A stretch of 64,000 nucleotides of DNA from a plasmid: sequence record NZ_CP145916.1, one strand, 5' to 3'. The notes under the pieces are model-generated. The model ran no database searches. It worked only from the letters and a program-made list of their open reading frames with translations, and was not told where the DNA came from. A program made the translations under genes and the position numbers. Below are positions 1 to 11,730 of the stretch, piece by piece. Position 1 is the first letter of the stretch. Each line of letters opens with the position of its first letter.

Positions 1-1059
<1,059 letters not shown>

Positions 1060-1086
1060 GTGTCGCTCCCGAGTTCGGTTAACGGA

Positions 1087-1362
1087 TCAGCGTTTGAGGC
1101 TGGACGGATAGCCCGCGTCCTCGGTCGCCTTGGTCAACTTCTGGACGTTGGTCTTGGCATCGTCGAAGGTGACGACGGCCTGGCGCTTGTCGAAACTTAC
1201 GTCGGTCTTGCTCACGCCCTCAACCTTGGAAAGCGCGTGCTTGACAGTGATCGGGCAAGAGGCGCAGGTCATGCCAGGCACGGACAGCGTGACGGTCTGG
1301 GTGGCGGCCCACACGGGGGCAACAACGGCAGCGAGGGCGAGGGCGGCAAACAGTTTTTTCAT
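1087..1362 (-). CDS. merP: periplasmic mercury-binding protein MerP
   Basis: 91 aa with signal peptide and GMTCASCP HMA motif. Confidence 0.9.
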   Translation of the reverse strand: MKKLFAALALAAVVAPVWAATQTVTLSVPGMTCASCPITVKHALSKVEGVSKTDVSFDKRQAVVTFDDAKTNVQKLTKATEDAGYPSSLKR

Positions 1363-1377
1363 GATGAACTCCTGTGA

Positions 1378-1743
1378 TTAATAGAAAAATGGCATGACGT
1401 AGGGAAATCCGAGCGAGACCAGGACCAGCGCGGCCACGATCCAGAAAATGAGCTTGTAAGTAGCTCGCACTTGGGGAATCGCGCAGACCTCACCCGGTTT
1501 GCAGGCTTGCGCCGGGCGGTAGATGCGCCGCCAGGCGAAAAACAGCGCGACCAGCGCTGCGCCGATGAAGATCGGGCGATAGGGTTCCAGCACCGTCAGG
1601 TTGCCGATCCATGCCCCGCTGAACCCCAAGGCGATCAAAACCAGCGGCCCCAGGCAGCAGGCCGACGCAAGAATGGCGGCCAGCCCACCGGCGAAGAGCG
1701 CGCCGCGCCCGTTTTGTGGTTCAGACTTTTGTGGTTCAGACAT
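1378..1743 (-). CDS. merT: mercuric ion transport protein MerT
   Basis: 121 aa, 3 TM, conserved CC pair (ASACCLGPLVL) typical of MerT. Confidence 0.9.
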   Translation of the reverse strand: MSEPQKSEPQNGRGALFAGGLAAILASACCLGPLVLIALGFSGAWIGNLTVLEPYRPIFIGAALVALFFAWRRIYRPAQACKPGEVCAIPQVRATYKLIFWIVAALVLVSLGFPYVMPFFY

Positions 1744-1775
1744 ACGCTTGTCCTTTCAAATTTGGTTTGGATAGC

Positions 1776-1812
1776 TTAAGCTTACTTCCGTAGTTATGTA
1801 CGGAGTCAAGCG
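1776..1812. promoter_or_regulatory. merOP: mer operator/promoter (MerR dyad TCCGTA-N6-TACGGA 1787-1804; PmerT -35 TTGACT at 1804-1809 minus strand, 19-bp spacer, -10 TAAGCT)
   Basis: Sequence cttacttccgtagttatgtacggagtcaag matches the remembered Tn21/Tn501 merOP architecture with the unusual 19-bp spacer. Confidence 0.7.
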
Positions 1813-1814
1813 AT

Positions 1815-2270
1815 ATGCAAATTAATTTTGAGAATCTGACCATTGGCGTTTTTGCCAAGGCGGCCGGGGTCAATGTGGAGACCATCCGGTTCTACCAGCG
1901 CAAGGGCCTGCTGCCGGAGCCAGACAAGCCCTATGGCAGCATTCGCCGCTATGGCGAGGCGGATGTAACACGAGTGCGGTTCGTGAAATCGGCCCAGCGG
2001 CTGGGCTTTAGCCTGGACGAAATCGCCGAGCTACTGCGGCTGGAGGATGGCACCCATTGCGAGGAAGCCAGCGGCCTGGCCGAGCACAAGCTCAAGGATG
2101 TGCGCGAGAAGATGGCCGACTTGGCACGCATGGAGGCCGTGCTGTCTGAACTGGTGTGCGCCTGCCATGCGCGGAAAGGGAACGTTTCCTGCCCGCTGAT
2201 TGCGTCACTGCAAGACGGAACGAAGCTCGCTGCATCGGCGCGGGGGAGTCACGGGGTGACTACGCCTTAG
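1815..2270 (+). CDS. merR: Hg(II)-responsive transcriptional regulator MerR (C-terminal tail differs from canonical Tn21/Tn501)
   Basis: [33 protein letters not shown]... HTH of MerR family, Hg-binding Cys (C82, CxxxxxxxxC near C-term); divergent from merTPCA. Confidence 0.85.
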   Translation: MQINFENLTIGVFAKAAGVNVETIRFYQRKGLLPEPDKPYGSIRRYGEADVTRVRFVKSAQRLGFSLDEIAELLRLEDGTHCEEASGLAEHKLKDVREKMADLARMEAVLSELVCACHARKGNVSCPLIASLQDGTKLAASARGSHGVTTP

Positions 2271-2303
2271 CGTGCTTTATTTTCCGAATTCTGAGACGAC
2301 CCC
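2266..2303. repeat. 38-bp terminal inverted repeat of a Tn21/Tn501-family (Tn3 superfamily) transposon, mer-proximal end
   Basis: Reverse complement reads GGGGTCGTCTCAGAATTCGGAAAATAAAGCACGCTAAG, near-identical to remembered IRmer; overlaps merR stop as in Tn21; abrupt GC drop (62%->45%) immediately after 2303. Confidence 0.8.
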
Positions 2304-2535
2304 ATAGACAGTAAGATGGTTCGTTGAACAGCAGACATACGATGCTTCGTTCCATTCCCGGACATCTTTCTCATCCTCTTAATCATATACCATATGAATA
2401 GCATACATTCAGCGCTATACTGTGTCACGTACAAGTATCTTGCAGGTAGATTTCGGGATGTTGCCGAATATTGTAGGATACGTGTTGTGGTAGTGGTTTT
2501 TTCCACGCAAATAATCGACATGAAAAGGTGGGGTC

Positions 2536-3000
2536 ATGAATAAATCATTTTTAGTTCGTAGCTGTGTACTGGCCGGGGGGCTTTTCGCACTATGTACCAG
2601 TTTCAGTTCACTGGCAGCAGAAAAGAAAACGTATACAGAAAGTCTCTCAAAGTATCAGCATACTATCGTTGCAGGTGAAACACTGGAGTCGCTACGGGCC
2701 TACAAGCAGGGGTGCCCTGAATGCGTTAAAGTCGCTCAGGACATTGCTTCCATGAGACAGCAGTATTGTGCAGACAATCAATCCAACGTGGATAGCGTCA
2801 TTGCCGGTGATCCGGTGTATGCCTATCTGAATGGTGTCCGTATCGTTCTGACGCCCCAAGGTGGATACTCCAGCCCTATGTACACCTCAGCCCGTCAGAT
2901 AGTTGAGACAAATGTGGACTGCGTTAACTCGCAAGACTGGATTGACCGTAGCCAGCACGTCCTGACCCAAACGTTTAATAACGGGAAGCCTTTAGGCTGA
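2536..3000 (+). CDS. hypothetical secreted protein (N-terminal signal peptide, 4 Cys)
   Basis: ORF with RBS aaaaGGTGGggtcATG; hydrophobic N-terminus ...SFSSLAAEK. Confidence 0.5.
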   Translation: MNKSFLVRSCVLAGGLFALCTSFSSLAAEKKTYTESLSKYQHTIVAGETLESLRAYKQGCPECVKVAQDIASMRQQYCADNQSNVDSVIAGDPVYAYLNGVRIVLTPQGGYSSPMYTSARQIVETNVDCVNSQDWIDRSQHVLTQTFNNGKPLG

Positions 3001-3125
3001 TAGTGATATTGAAGAAGCCGCGTTAATTCGCGGTTTTTTTTGCCTTAAATTACCCTCCAGCTATTCGACCTAAAAATTATCGTGAGAAACTTGTCATACA
3101 CACACCCATGTCTGATGAGGTATGA

Positions 3126-3547
3126 AAATGATCAATTTGAAGGCGCTTTTTGAAAAGGATGCAGCTGAGCGTTATAAGGTGCCTCTATGGATGGTCGAAG
3201 AGCGCCGTGACCGAGATGGCTATAACATTGACAGCAGTTCTATCCTGTCAATGCTTCACTGGGAGTGGCTGGCATGGCAGCGATGCCGAGACAGTCTGGC
3301 CCGTGAGTCAATGGCATCCAGCCCGATAAATGAGTCTGATAAAAAGACAATCGCTGATATGCGAGATTTGGCAATCAGCATTGAAGAGTGTTTGTCTGAA
3401 CCAGTCGAAAGCCGGGGGGATGAAATCATTCATCTGTATGACAGGTCAGATACTGTCTTTTCTGCAAAAAACGTAAATGTTTTGCTGGGCATTATAGATA
3501 ATTTCGCTCTGCAACATACCATGCCAGTTATCAAGACTGCCGATTAA
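3126..3547 (+). CDS. hypothetical protein
   Basis: ORF 140 aa, GAGG RBS; no recognisable motif. Confidence 0.4.
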
Positions 3548-3549
3548 AG

Positions 3550-4203
3550 ATGGCCTCAGAAGCATTGAAGAAGCCGGAGGGGTTCAACGACACCAAGCTT
3601 CTTATTGCCAATAGCACCATAGCTGCCAGACAAGCATCACTTACCCGTGTTCGCAGTGATATACGCCTCCTTCTGGAGAAAGAGGCGCAGATTGAAGCCG
3701 CAATTTATGCAGCGAAAGAGCAACGTGACAAGCTGGTGATTGAAGGGTGGGGCGAGGGTGAACCGGAATGGCGATACATTCTGGAAGCGCCGGAGGTTAA
3801 TAGCCACATCCTCGCTGAACGAGCCGAGATAGAGATAACAAAGCTCGGGCTGTTCACGGCTGGTTTCTTCAAAAAAAACCGACAGAGAGCGCTGGGCGTG
3901 GCATTGAATGGGCTATCAAGCGATAGTGAGTTAGAGCACCTTGCCACTTCACTTGAAACCATCTTCCCTCATATCTATGCGCTTACTGATGGGGAGCGAT
4001 CTGTCTGTGTGAACCATAGTGCCCCGGAAAGTTTCGATTTACAGATCAGACAAGTGATTTCAAATGGGCTTATCAGTGTGGCTCAGTTAGTTTACGGGAG
4101 AAAAAAATCTACGTATCACGATTCCTTTTATGACGCTTTGGTTTTCATCCGAAACAACATGACAGGAAATACATTCAACTATGAATTGAGTGAAGACCTT
4201 TAA
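3550..4203 (+). CDS. hypothetical protein
   Basis: 217-aa ORF immediately following previous gene (3-nt gap). Confidence 0.45.
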   Translation: MASEALKKPEGFNDTKLLIANSTIAARQASLTRVRSDIRLLLEKEAQIEAAIYAAKEQRDKLVIEGWGEGEPEWRYILEAPEVNSHILAERAEIEITKLGLFTAGFFKKNRQRALGVALNGLSSDSELEHLATSLETIFPHIYALTDGERSVCVNHSAPESFDLQIRQVISNGLISVAQLVYGRKKSTYHDSFYDALVFIRNNMTGNTFNYELSEDL

Positions 4204-4321
4204 CTGCATTTCGTTCGCATTCTATCAACACTGGTACATGACGACACCACCAGCACAAAACTAATCACATAATTCAGACTGTCTGGCGCGAGTGCCGGGC
4301 TATTAAGGGGGAAGTATAGCT

Positions 4322-4684
4322 ATGACAATGAAAAATGAGCTTTCAGCAATCGTCACTGAACAAGCCCGGAGTGAAGGGATAACCGAAACGATGCTGATCG
4401 AACGCTGGGTTATGCTCGGCAAACTGGCTGAAGAGAACCCGGACATGCTGGCGGGCGATCTGATATCATACCTCAGTACCGGCACATACCCATCTACAGC
4501 GGTTGAAGATGCGCCGCTGCCAGCTGGTGGCGAAATTGAATACGAGTCTCAGAACGTGCGTATGATGATGAAAGTGCTCATCTATAAGCTGAACAGGCTC
4601 GCGCCAAATAACGACAAGTCCGTGCAGGCTATGGGCCTGATGAAGCGGCTTGGCATGTACTCAATTACCGATGTGTTGCGCTAA
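4322..4684 (+). CDS. hypothetical protein
   Basis: 120-aa ORF, RBS gggGGAAGtatagctATG. Confidence 0.4.
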   Translation: MTMKNELSAIVTEQARSEGITETMLIERWVMLGKLAEENPDMLAGDLISYLSTGTYPSTAVEDAPLPAGGEIEYESQNVRMMMKVLIYKLNRLAPNNDKSVQAMGLMKRLGMYSITDVLR

Positions 4685-4732
4685 AAGGAAACAGCGACGT
4701 ATCTAAGATCATGACAAACAAGGCAGAATATA

Positions 4733-4993
4733 ATGAGCAATAATGACCATAATCAGGGTGACTTCCTTGATTTCATCGCGGGCTTGCTACAGCTTTACGC
4801 TGGAGATGCCACAGAAGAGGTAAAGGGAAAAATCATTCAGCGTATGCAGCATCTGTCTGGTGGCGAGTCAGTCACTCTAACGACAATTTACCATGATTTT
4901 TCTGGCAGTGAAGACCCGGATTTACTGCGTTTAGCTCATGGCATTAAGCCGTTACTGAATGAAGGCCAGTACGCTACGCTATTTCATTCATAA
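4733..4993 (+). CDS. hypothetical protein
   Basis: 86-aa ORF. Confidence 0.35.
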   Translation: MSNNDHNQGDFLDFIAGLLQLYAGDATEEVKGKIIQRMQHLSGGESVTLTTIYHDFSGSEDPDLLRLAHGIKPLLNEGQYATLFHS

Positions 4994-5070
4994 AGCAGGA
5001 ATATCGTTCGGCGCAGAAAAGTCGGTAAGATGACACTGACATCGTGCCAGTGTCATTATTTAATCAGGTC

Positions 5071-5458
5071 TTATTTAACTTGTTTCCAGATTGCAATAGC
5101 ACGGTTTTTGCTGTCTTTTTTATTACTACATTCAATAAATCGCCCCGCCGATTTTCCCTCTAAAGAAATAATAGCCCCTTCACTGTAACGCGCACTCCCG
5201 TACAAACAAGTTGGTGATTCTGTCACGTCAGGTTGAGGTGGCGGGGTGAAATTGGTTGTCATTGTAAGCCCGTCAGGAACAACAGGACTAGTAGCTGTTT
5301 TCTTTTCTCCTGCAACTGCGCTTAGATCTTGGCCCGTTTGCACTTTCATCACATTAGATGTAACGGTTGAATCACTCACGGCTTTTTCAATAGTTTCTGC
5401 CGTGTTGCTCGCGAAAGCAGACGTTGCACAAACAGTCAGTAATAAAAAAATCTTTTTC
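5071..5458 (-). CDS. hypothetical secreted/periplasmic protein
   Basis: Signal peptide MKKIFLLLTVCATSAFA; Thr/Ser/Pro-rich. Confidence 0.45.
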
Positions 5459-5791
5459 ATGAACCCACCCTTCATTTTCATTTCGATAATCTTGTAGCGA
5501 AAACAAACATTCTCGCCTTACCCATTATATTCGCCATCACGTAAGGTCGAAGTCTTCTGCTCAAATAAGCCTTCGGCCAACCCCTCACGCGTCACAAATG
5601 AATTTGCGCCCCCCTCACGGTTATCGTAAAAACGCCTTCTACTCATGGAACGGTTTTTATAGCCCGTAGTTAAATTCATTACGCGCTTCATAACAACATA
5701 ATTTTAAAACCAATTTAAACACCGCTCGGCTATTCGACCCTGATCTGGGGGGTGCTAAAATCAGTGCATATTCACATTAGGGGCATCAACA

Positions 5792-7858
5792 ATGAGCAAG
5801 CCAAAACCAGCCACCAGCGAAATCATCGCGAAAGCCTATCAGTCATTCCTCGATAAGAAGGGTGTGACCGCTCGTATGGGCCAGAAACGCATGATGAACC
5901 TCTGCTATGGACTGGTTAACAGCATCAAGGTTGATGATAGCGGCAATCGCACCAGCGCACCGGCTGTGTGTGTCATTGAAGCAGGCACCGGCACAGGTAA
6001 AACGCTGGGCTACTCCATTCCTCTTATCCCACTGGCGCAGGCCAAAGAGAAAACGCTTATCCTCTCCACGGCTACCGTGGCATTGCAGGAGCAGGTCGTT
6101 CACAAAGATCTGCCTGATATTCGGGCTAGTGCCGGACTGGACTTTACCTTTGCGATGGCAAAAGGCCGTGGCCGGTATTTCTGCAAACTTCGTGCTGCTC
6201 GTGAAGCGGAAAAAGAGATGGAGTTATTCGGATTTCAGGATGAAACCATCAAGATACTGACCGATGAGTTTGATGATGATTTATGGAACGGTGATCGTGA
6301 TACCTACCCAGTAGAAATTACCGATAAAATCTGGCAGAAGGCCAACGCGGTTGCAGGACAATGCCCGGCTCACCACTGCCCGCACTTCAAAAGCTGCCCG
6401 TTCTACAAGGCCCGTGACGAGATGGATAGCGTGGACGTAATCATTGCCAACCATGATATCGTGATGGCCGACCTTTCGCTTGGTGGTGGTGTGGTTCTGC
6501 CTGAGCCAAAAAATTGTATTTATGTGTTCGATGAAGGACACCACTTAACCAGTAAGGCTATCAGCCATTTTTCATCGACCTGCTCACTCGACGCTGCAAT
6601 CAAATGGAGTGATGAAATTTTCGATATGGTTATCCCGCTGGTGGATAGCTATGACGACAACATGGAACGTTACGCGACCACGTTGAATTCTCTCGCCTCA
6701 GAATTGAAAAAAGAGTTAGTCCTGACAAAAGAGTTTTTGCTGAGAAACCTTCCGTTCAAGGGCGAATATGACAATCGTCAGACCTGCATTTTCCCCCGTG
6801 GTGAAACGCCACACGAGGTCATTCACTACGCAAAAACAGTCGGTAAAGTTCTGGAAGAGTTAAAAAATACCAATGGAAAAATGACCGCCATTATTGAGGA
6901 TAAAGCCAAGGGGCCAGAAGGTGGGGAGCACAAAATGATTGTCGGTGAGCTGGACAATAAACTGAGCACTCTGGTTACTGCATGGGCCCAGTTTGTCAAC
7001 GTAAATAAGCGTGACAAGCAGGGTATTCCTTTCGCTCGCTGGGTCGATGTTAACCGTGACAAAAAGAACGAGATAGTGATTAACAGCAGCCCTGTACATG
7101 CAGGTGAAATGCTGAAATCAATCGTCTGGAAAGATGCCCATGCGGCCATTATTACCTCTGCAACCATCCGTTCACTGGGTAAATTTGATGCCTATCTTGA
7201 TCAGGCCGGGCTTCCAGCTGATACCCCGACATTACTCGCTCAGAGCCCGTTTGATTATGAAAATAATGGTGTGCTGTTCATCCCCAAAATGAAGTTTTCT
7301 CCGAAAGACTCTGCCGCACATACGACTGAGGTGGGTTCTCTTCTGCCCACTCTGGTTCTGCGCAAAAGGGGGTGCCTTGTTCTGTTTGCCTCCAAAAAGC
7401 AAATGACCGAAGTGTTCGAAATGATGCCAGATGATATTCAGGACAAAATCTTGATGCAGGGCTCTATCCCTAAAAGCGAGATTGTTTCCCGCCATAAGCT
7501 GCGCATTGATCGCGGTGATGACAGCATAATTTTCGGTATGTCCAGCTTCTCAGAAGGTGTCGATTTACCGGGCGATTACTGCAACAACGTCATCATTGCA
7601 AAGCTGCCTTTCATGGTTCCGACCGATCCCGTAAGCCTCACGCTGGCGGAGTGGATGGAGTCAGTGGGACGCAATACATTTGAAGAGATATCTGTACCTG
7701 ATGCCTGTATTAAGCTGATTCAGTCAGTAGGGCGTCTGATAAGGACAGAGCAGGATACCGGAGCCGTCACCATTCTGGATAACCGCCTTGTGACTAAGCG
7801 TTATGGTGCGGGGATTCTGGACTCATTACCTCCTTTTAAACGTGTTATCAGAAGATAA
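5792..7858 (+). CDS. DinG/Rad3-family ATP-dependent DNA helicase with Fe-S cluster domain
   Basis: 688 aa; Walker A AGTGTGKT, DEAH box (VFDEGHHL), four-Cys cluster CPAHHCPHFKSCPFY between motifs I and II, C-terminal helicase motifs. Confidence 0.8.
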   Translation: MSKPKPATSEIIAKAYQSFLDKKGVTARMGQKRMMNLCYGLVNSIKVDDSGNRTSAPAVCVIEAGTGTGKTLGYSIPLIPLAQAKEKTLILSTATVALQEQVVHKDLPDIRASAGLDFTFAMAKGRGRYFCKLRAAREAEKEMELFGFQDETIKILTDEFDDDLWNGDRDTYPVEITDKIWQKANAVAGQCPAHHCPHFKSCPFYKARDEMDSVDVIIANHDIVMADLSLGGGVVLPEPKNCIYVFDEGHHLTSKAISHFSSTCSLDAAIKWSDEIFDMVIPLVDSYDDNMERYATTLNSLASELKKELVLTKEFLLRNLPFKGEYDNRQTCIFPRGETPHEVIHYAKTVGKVLEELKNTNGKMTAIIEDKAKGPEGGEHKMIVGELDNKLSTLVTAWAQFVNVNKRDKQGIPFARWVDVNRDKKNEIVINSSPVHAGEMLKSIVWKDAHAAIITSATIRSLGKFDAYLDQAGLPADTPTLLAQSPFDYENNGVLFIPKMKFSPKDSAAHTTEVGSLLPTLVLRKRGCLVLFASKKQMTEVFEMMPDDIQDKILMQGSIPKSEIVSRHKLRIDRGDDSIIFGMSSFSEGVDLPGDYCNNVIIAKLPFMVPTDPVSLTLAEWMESVGRNTFEEISVPDACIKLIQSVGRLIRTEQDTGAVTILDNRLVTKRYGAGILDSLPPFKRVIRR

Positions 7859-7897
7859 GCAACATCTATTTTAAACAGAAAATATTAGAGGTTAGTT

Positions 7898-8392
7898 ATG
7901 ATAATTGATTATTTGAAACGCCAAGACATCCTGCTAAAGAAACACCAAAAACTGACTAACGTATACATTCCGTTAGCCATCTTTATCGTGGTGAGTGTTT
8001 CATGTTTTACAACTATGGAATCTAAAGGTGTAGCGTTCGTATTATCTTGTCTTTTTTCAATCATGATGAATATAGTTGTTAAGTTGGTTTCAGCTTTAAG
8101 CGCCCCTTCATCGTCCGCTGAAATTTCAGGTCTGCTACATCACTTTAGCAGTGATTCAGAAGTCATTGAGTATTGCAATGCCGTTATTGAATCTGGTGCC
8201 GTGTTTAAAAGTAAACAAATGAATCGCGCGGTATCTATTGGTCAGAAAAATATAGATAACGTTCAGATGCAAGAAGAACTGGAAGAAATAGACATTCAGT
8301 ATCGTAAAGTTGAAGCGATGTTAGCTAACGGCAAAATAAATAACTCAACTCAAACCCGCAGTCTTTTCCTCACTCAACAGGACGAAAAATGA
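7898..8392 (+). CDS. hypothetical membrane protein
   Basis: 164 aa, two N-terminal hydrophobic segments; ATGA overlap with next gene. Confidence 0.4.
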   Translation: MIIDYLKRQDILLKKHQKLTNVYIPLAIFIVVSVSCFTTMESKGVAFVLSCLFSIMMNIVVKLVSALSAPSSSAEISGLLHHFSSDSEVIEYCNAVIESGAVFKSKQMNRAVSIGQKNIDNVQMQEELEEIDIQYRKVEAMLANGKINNSTQTRSLFLTQQDEK

Positions 8393-8700
8393 AACAGATA
8401 CCTAATGTCTGGAAAGCGCGTGAAGCTATCAGAAAGGTTGGGCTGATTTCATCCCCGGCCACCAGCGAAGCAGCCGCAGAAGCCTTGATTGAGCTGGTTC
8501 GCAGTGGTGAGCTCCTGATATTGGCAGATTTCGCTGATGCGGTATTGAAGCGTGAGCCGGACGCATATATCAACCGCAGTTTTTTAGGCTCAACCCATCC
8601 CGAGACACCGATTCCTATTGAGCGGCCTCATGGTGGTAAAGAGTTTGCTTTTGCTAACTATCATCCTGTATTTATTGGGTCTATGACAGACATAGACTAA
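8389..8700 (+). CDS. hypothetical protein
   Basis: 103-aa ORF translationally coupled to upstream gene. Confidence 0.4.
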   Translation: MKQIPNVWKAREAIRKVGLISSPATSEAAAEALIELVRSGELLILADFADAVLKREPDAYINRSFLGSTHPETPIPIERPHGGKEFAFANYHPVFIGSMTDID

Positions 8701-8761
8701 CTCAGCTGCCGTGGGGGCGTAAAAAGCTGTGTTAGTTGTGGTTAAACATCCGGGGGGATGT

Positions 8762-9589
8762 ATGAGATCGGTTCTAAAGTGGGTCGGCGGGAAAAGCACG
8801 CTGATGGGGAGCATTAACCGTATTTTACCGGAAGGTAATCGTCTGATAGAGCCCTTTACCGGCTCTTGTGCGGTAACAATGAACACGTCTTACGACAGCT
8901 ACATTGTGGCTGACATTAATCAGGATCTGATTGGTATGTACCGTATGGTGCGTGATGCGCCGGATACTCTGGTTGCCATCGTCCGTGATTTTTTTTCGCA
9001 CGCCAATTCAGCCGATGAATATTATCGTCTGCGTGACATCTTCAATCAGCGCACCAGCGACAAACCGACTCAGGCCGCTCTGTTCCTCTACCTGAACCGT
9101 CACGGTTATCGTGGCCTGTGTCGCTACAGCAAAAAGAAAGGGACATTCAACGTGCCATACGGGCACTACAAAGCCCCTTTATTCCCCGAAAAAGAAATCT
9201 ATCACCTCAGTGAGAAACTCCAGAAGGCGACACTTCTGTGTGCCAGTTTTCAGGAAACACTCTTGCTGGCCCAGCCGGGTGATGTGGTGTATTGCGATCC
9301 CCCGTATGTCGAGAAAGGGCGCTTCACTGACTATCACTCCAGTGGTTTCAATATGTCTCACCTGCGTGAGCTGGTGGGCATCCTTGAGTCGATGTTGGAA
9401 AAAGGCGTTAGTGTAGTGGCCTCATCGCATAACGAGAAAGCCATACGCGATATTTACGCCAGATTCAGCCAAACCGAACTGACCGCCTATCGAAGCATTG
9501 GCGTTAAGGGTGGAAAGGGCAAGCGTGCTGATGAGCTGCTGCTGTCACGGATCGCATTTCCTCTGGCGTTACCGTTCCGGGAAGCGTGA
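8762..9589 (+). CDS. dam: Dam-like DNA N6-adenine methyltransferase (orphan)
   Basis: LKWVGGKS N-terminal motif and DPPY catalytic motif (VVYCDPPYV); start chosen at ATG 8762 after ccGGGGGGAtgt. Confidence 0.8.
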   Translation: MRSVLKWVGGKSTLMGSINRILPEGNRLIEPFTGSCAVTMNTSYDSYIVADINQDLIGMYRMVRDAPDTLVAIVRDFFSHANSADEYYRLRDIFNQRTSDKPTQAALFLYLNRHGYRGLCRYSKKKGTFNVPYGHYKAPLFPEKEIYHLSEKLQKATLLCASFQETLLLAQPGDVVYCDPPYVEKGRFTDYHSSGFNMSHLRELVGILESMLEKGVSVVASSHNEKAIRDIYARFSQTELTAYRSIGVKGGKGKRADELLLSRIAFPLALPFREA

Positions 9590-9706
9590 TTTTTCTTTAT
9601 CTGAAAAATCGCAAATTTACTGCCCGCAGGTGACTTCGACCCCCTTTAGGGGTGCGGTAAAATATTGGCTATTAAACAAATTGAGACGAAAGGCGGGGCG
9701 TACCCG

Positions 9707-10111
9707 ATGAGTATTCATACGATGGCTAACTCAGGAGAACCATTAACCTTGTGGCGTATTGATGTCAGATACAGTGCCAAAGGAAGGGTTATCCGCACTG
9801 AGCTTGAAGTGTCTGAGTCTGTGAAGAACGCACTGGTAAGGCGTCTTGAATCCAAAGGGTACGTGATTACCGTGGCTACATTTACTCGAGAGGTTGGTAT
9901 GCAAATAAAATTCGCTGATGTCCCTGCGTTAAAGAACGAAGAAACCGAAAAATTCTGCCATCAAGTGGCTGCTGAATACATTCAGAACAAAGAGATCGGG
10001 GCGAAAATGTATACCGACTTTTGTGTTAATAACAAACTTTTCTACTGGGAAACTCTTGCCATCAAACAGCGCATAGCCTGTCTCGTTGGCAAGCTAACAC
10101 CTGCAACTTAA
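9707..10111 (+). CDS. hypothetical protein
   Basis: ORF; ATG 9707 preferred over upstream TTG. Confidence 0.4.
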   Translation: MSIHTMANSGEPLTLWRIDVRYSAKGRVIRTELEVSESVKNALVRRLESKGYVITVATFTREVGMQIKFADVPALKNEETEKFCHQVAAEYIQNKEIGAKMYTDFCVNNKLFYWETLAIKQRIACLVGKLTPAT

Positions 10112-10130
10112 TTAATATGGAGAACTACCC

Positions 10131-11093
10131 ATGCACACACCATTTTCCGTTAAAAACTTAGCCATTTACCGCATTTCGCGTGATATCGATTTTTCCAAAT
10201 TGGCTGAGCTGGCCGTGAACTACAAGTTCACACCTTGCGGTTCTCAGGACATGGCTAAAACGGGCTGGATTTCTCCGCTGGGTGATGAGTTTGAAAACCT
10301 GACGCATGAAGCGTCCGGCGTGATCCTGCTTTGCCAGAAGAGCGAGAAGAAGAACATTCCCGCCTCTGTTATCAAAGAAAAGCTGGATGAGAAAGTCACT
10401 AAGATGCAGGCAGAACAGGGCCGTAAGCTAAAACGCACTGAAATAGCATCTCTCAAAGACGAGATCCTGCATACTCTGCTGCCTGTCACACTGCCAAAAA
10501 CGACTCGGACATATATCTGGATCGACAAGCAGGCTGGCCTGCTGATTGTAGACGCCTCAAGCGCACGACGTGCCGAAGACGTTAACGCATTGCTGCGCAA
10601 AACCCTCGGCTCATTGCCTGTCGTGCCATTAACGATGGAAAAACCGGTTGAGCTGACCTTGACCGAATGGGTGCGCTCTGGTGAATTGCCTGCGGGCATG
10701 GTGTTAGGCTCAGATATAACGCTCAAAGCCATTCTTGAGGATGGCGGTATCGTGACCGCACGCAATCAGGATCTGATCTGTGATGAAATTGCCAACCATA
10801 TAGAATCAGGCAAAGTCGTCACCAAAGTGTCTTTTGACTGGCAGGAGCGTATCAGTTTCGTTCTGAAAGATGACTGCACGATTGGCCGTATTCGTTTTTC
10901 TGATGTGCTGAAAGAACAGAATGACGATATTGACCGTGAAGATGTGGCCGCAAGGTTTGACGCTGATTTTGTGCTGTACACCGGGGAAGTGATGGCCCTC
11001 ATTAACACGTTGATCTCAAGCCTTGGCGGGGAGGCGGATAGAACGGCGCATGAGGATGTTAATCAGGATAAAAAAGAGGGGGTGGCCGCATAA
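10131..11093 (+). CDS. rdgC: recombination-associated protein RdgC
   Basis: 320 aa; N-terminus ...[14 protein letters not shown]...[19 protein letters not shown] matches RdgC family signature. Confidence 0.8.
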   Translation: MHTPFSVKNLAIYRISRDIDFSKLAELAVNYKFTPCGSQDMAKTGWISPLGDEFENLTHEASGVILLCQKSEKKNIPASVIKEKLDEKVTKMQAEQGRKLKRTEIASLKDEILHTLLPVTLPKTTRTYIWIDKQAGLLIVDASSARRAEDVNALLRKTLGSLPVVPLTMEKPVELTLTEWVRSGELPAGMVLGSDITLKAILEDGGIVTARNQDLICDEIANHIESGKVVTKVSFDWQERISFVLKDDCTIGRIRFSDVLKEQNDDIDREDVAARFDADFVLYTGEVMALINTLISSLGGEADRTAHEDVNQDKKEGVAA

Positions 11094-11214
11094 AAAAGAA
11101 GGTAACGCCAGCCTGTCCACGGCTACCGGGGGGTATGTCGCGGGCAGGCTATTTTGTTATTGAAATGTTGTGATTTCATCTCTATTCATACACTCTATGA
11201 ATAAGGTGTTTCAA

Positions 11215-11730
11215 ATGGTGGGGGCCATTCAAATGCTCAGATGGACGCCTGAACAGGCAGAAGCGCACCAAAAGAAGAACGGCAAGAAAACGGGCACAGC
11301 ACTATCCTCGCCCAAAGAAAACAAAACTGTTTTGCACCAATCACAAGAGCTCGTTATCCCAGAAAAACTAACGCCAAAACAGCGCACTCAGGCTCTTGGC
11401 CGCTTAAAAGAAGGGGAGATGAATAAGACGGAGGATGCTTATAACAAGTACCTCAAACTGCGGTATTCCGCTGGTGAAGTCTTATGGTATGGGTTTGAAA
11501 AGATAAAACTCAAACTGGCTGACCGGACGTTTTACACGTCTGATTTTTCTGTTTTGCTCAGTAATGGTCAGTTCGAGCTGCATGAAGTGAAAGGGCATTG
11601 GGAAGAGGATGCACGCGTAAAAATAAAAGTAGCTGCTGAGCAGTTTCCTTTCCGGTTTATCGGGGTGAAAAAGGATGGGGATAATTGGATTTTTGAAGAT
11701 TTTTCCCCGTGGTACGGAACATTATTATGA
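11215..11730 (+). CDS. hypothetical protein, possible PD-(D/E)xK (VRR-NUC-like) nuclease
   Basis: D...ELHEVKG motif resembles D-ExK nuclease core; start uncertain (11170-11233). Confidence 0.35.
   Translation: MVGAIQMLRWTPEQAEAHQKKNGKKTGTALSSPKENKTVLHQSQELVIPEKLTPKQRTQALGRLKEGEMNKTEDAYNKYLKLRYSAGEVLWYGFEKIKLKLADRTFYTSDFSVLLSNGQFELHEVKGHWEEDARVKIKVAAEQFPFRFIGVKKDGDNWIFEDFSPWYGTLL

Noticed and set aside
1471-1779. Plus ORF antisense to merT, and similar antisense ORFs inside merC and merP
   Set aside because: These are shadow frames of well-supported minus-strand mer genes.
3061-5742. Short shared string gctattcgacc at 3061 and 5731
   Set aside because: An 11-mer match in about 60 kb of AT-rich DNA is within chance expectation.
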